The notes under the pieces: model-generated
Databases searched by the model: none
Seen by the model: the letters and a program-made list of their open reading frames with translations, nothing else
Told to the model about the DNA's origin: nothing
Part shown: positions 63,368 through 64,000 of the stretch, one piece after another
Numbering within the stretch: the stretch's first letter is position 1
Layout of the letters: each line of letters starts with the position of its first letter
From: Deltaproteobacteria bacterium
Lineage (GTDB): Bacteria; Desulfobacterota; DSM-4660; Desulfatiglandales; HGW-15
Length of the DNA stretch: 64,000 nt
NCBI GenBank assembly: GCA_019310485.1
Contig: JAFDEF010000002.1
Coordinates: 28,124 to 92,123 of the forward strand
Reading direction: 5' to 3'
Position numbers and translations under genes: made by a program

Positions 63368-63446
63368 TTATACCCTCCTCCACTCATGTCAAACACAGAA
63401 AGCCCCTTGGCCGGGCTACTTGGGATTATGAACTCAGGCAATGTCA

Positions 63447-64000
63447 TCATTTTTTCGGAAACCACGGTATAAATTTGCTTGTTCGCTTTTTGTATTCGCC
63501 AAATTCCGGGAAATCCCGTAACATATTTTCCGCCAGCGGAACGCCCGATACATGGAGCAACATAAAGGTAAGAAGGAACGGTCCAAAAAAAGTGATCCAG
63601 CCCCCCTTTACGTTCAAGGCGATCAGGAAGATGCCCCACCACAATGTTGCCTCGCCAAAGTAGTTAGGGTGGCGCGTATACTTCCATAAGCCTTTTGTCA
63701 TCACATGTCCTCGATTTTCCTCCTTATTAAGAAACCGTTTCAATTGATGATCACCAACAACCTCCCACATAAATCCAAATACCCAAACCGCTGTTCCCAA
63801 CCAGTAGAGCCAGCTGATGCCGAGTTTCTCCGAGCAGTTGATCATCAAAATGGGGGCGGCAATAATTAGGGCCGTAAGACCCTGCATCAGGTAGATGCGC
63901 AGATAGCTGTTAAGCAGGGCATAGGCGCGTTTTTCAAAACTCTTGCGCATATATGTGTAACGCTCATCTTCTTCCTGGCCACGACTGCGTATACCGATGT
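63447..64000 (-). CDS. DUF1295 / steroid-5-alpha-reductase-like membrane protein; the 5' end is outside the window
   Basis: ..GLWKYTRHPNYFGEATLWWG.. signature. The frame stays open upstream of the first Met to base 64000 (..EEDERYTYMRK..). Confidence 0.75.
   Translation of the reverse strand, partial: IGIRSRGQEEDERYTYMRKSFEKRAYALLNSYLRIYLMQGLTALIIAAPILMINCSEKLGISWLYWLGTAVWVFGFMWEVVGDHQLKRFLNKEENRGHVMTKGLWKYTRHPNYFGEATLWWGIFLIALNVKGGWITFFGPFLLTFMLLHVSGVPLAENMLRDFPEFGEYKKRTSKFIPWFPKK

Noticed and set aside
62741-63472. 243-aa plus-strand ORF.
   Set aside because: It is antisense to the DUF2284 gene, which has recognisable Cys motifs. It has no RBS and no recognisable domain. The same reasoning applies to 56628-57164 (+) opposite MaoC, 37279-37788 (+) opposite DUF134, 11423-11953 (-) inside RACo and 15865-16071 (-).

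Overview
All calls come from reading the ORF track and the raw sequence by eye. No BLAST, HMM or RNA-folding search was run, so family names are motif-level recognitions. The window is about 64 kb of bacterial chromosome. Its gene content (radical and Fe-S enzymes, FeoAB, TRAP transport, DUF35/thiolase CoA chemistry, Mo/W enzymes) suggests a strictly anaerobic Deltaproteobacteria/Desulfobacterota-like organism; that placement is inference only.

Layout:
- **1-3.6 kb:** housekeeping block ptsN'-EIIA(Man)-rimI-gap-tpiA-secG-tRNA-Leu(GAG).
- **3.6-5.0 kb:** an EamA transporter gene bracketed by two direct copies of a ~200-bp element with terminal inverted repeats (TIR), starting 5 nt after the tRNA.
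- **5.7-9.9 kb:** operon for a cytoplasmic Mo/W-bisPGD enzyme, a 4x[4Fe-4S] subunit and an amidase.
- **10-16.2 kb:** a partly decayed corrinoid methyltransfer locus, a 4-hydroxybutyryl-CoA-dehydratase-family gene and a GC-rich triple-hairpin element.
- **16.3-24.4 kb:** GlcD/GlcF-like dehydrogenase, PrpD-family protein, TRAP transporter and a GntR regulator.
- **24.8-25.5 kb:** MNT/HEPN pair in an AT-rich patch.
- **25.7-30.3 kb:** mostly pseudogenes and an IS21 remnant, interrupted by one apparently intact DUF1847 gene.
- **30.5-35.8 kb:** iron module dtxR-feoA-feoA-feoB-hyp-porin.
- **36.0-37.8 kb:** the most unusual locus. A DUF134 regulator sits with three tandem Gly/Arg/Trp/Tyr low-complexity small proteins (DUF5320-like), convergent with a J-domain protein that also has an RG-rich tail.
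- **38.0-38.9 kb:** four unrelated gene fragments within 1 kb.
- **39-64 kb:** one long minus-strand cluster of xanthine-dehydrogenase (XDH)-family molybdoenzyme and CoA-thioester genes. It includes a 2-hydroxyacyl-CoA-dehydratase-like pair with an activase, an HMGS-DUF35 fusion, three thiolase-like genes, MaoC, DUF35, an acyl-CoA dehydrogenase (ACAD) and a CoA ligase.

No CRISPR array, rRNA or intact transposase was seen.
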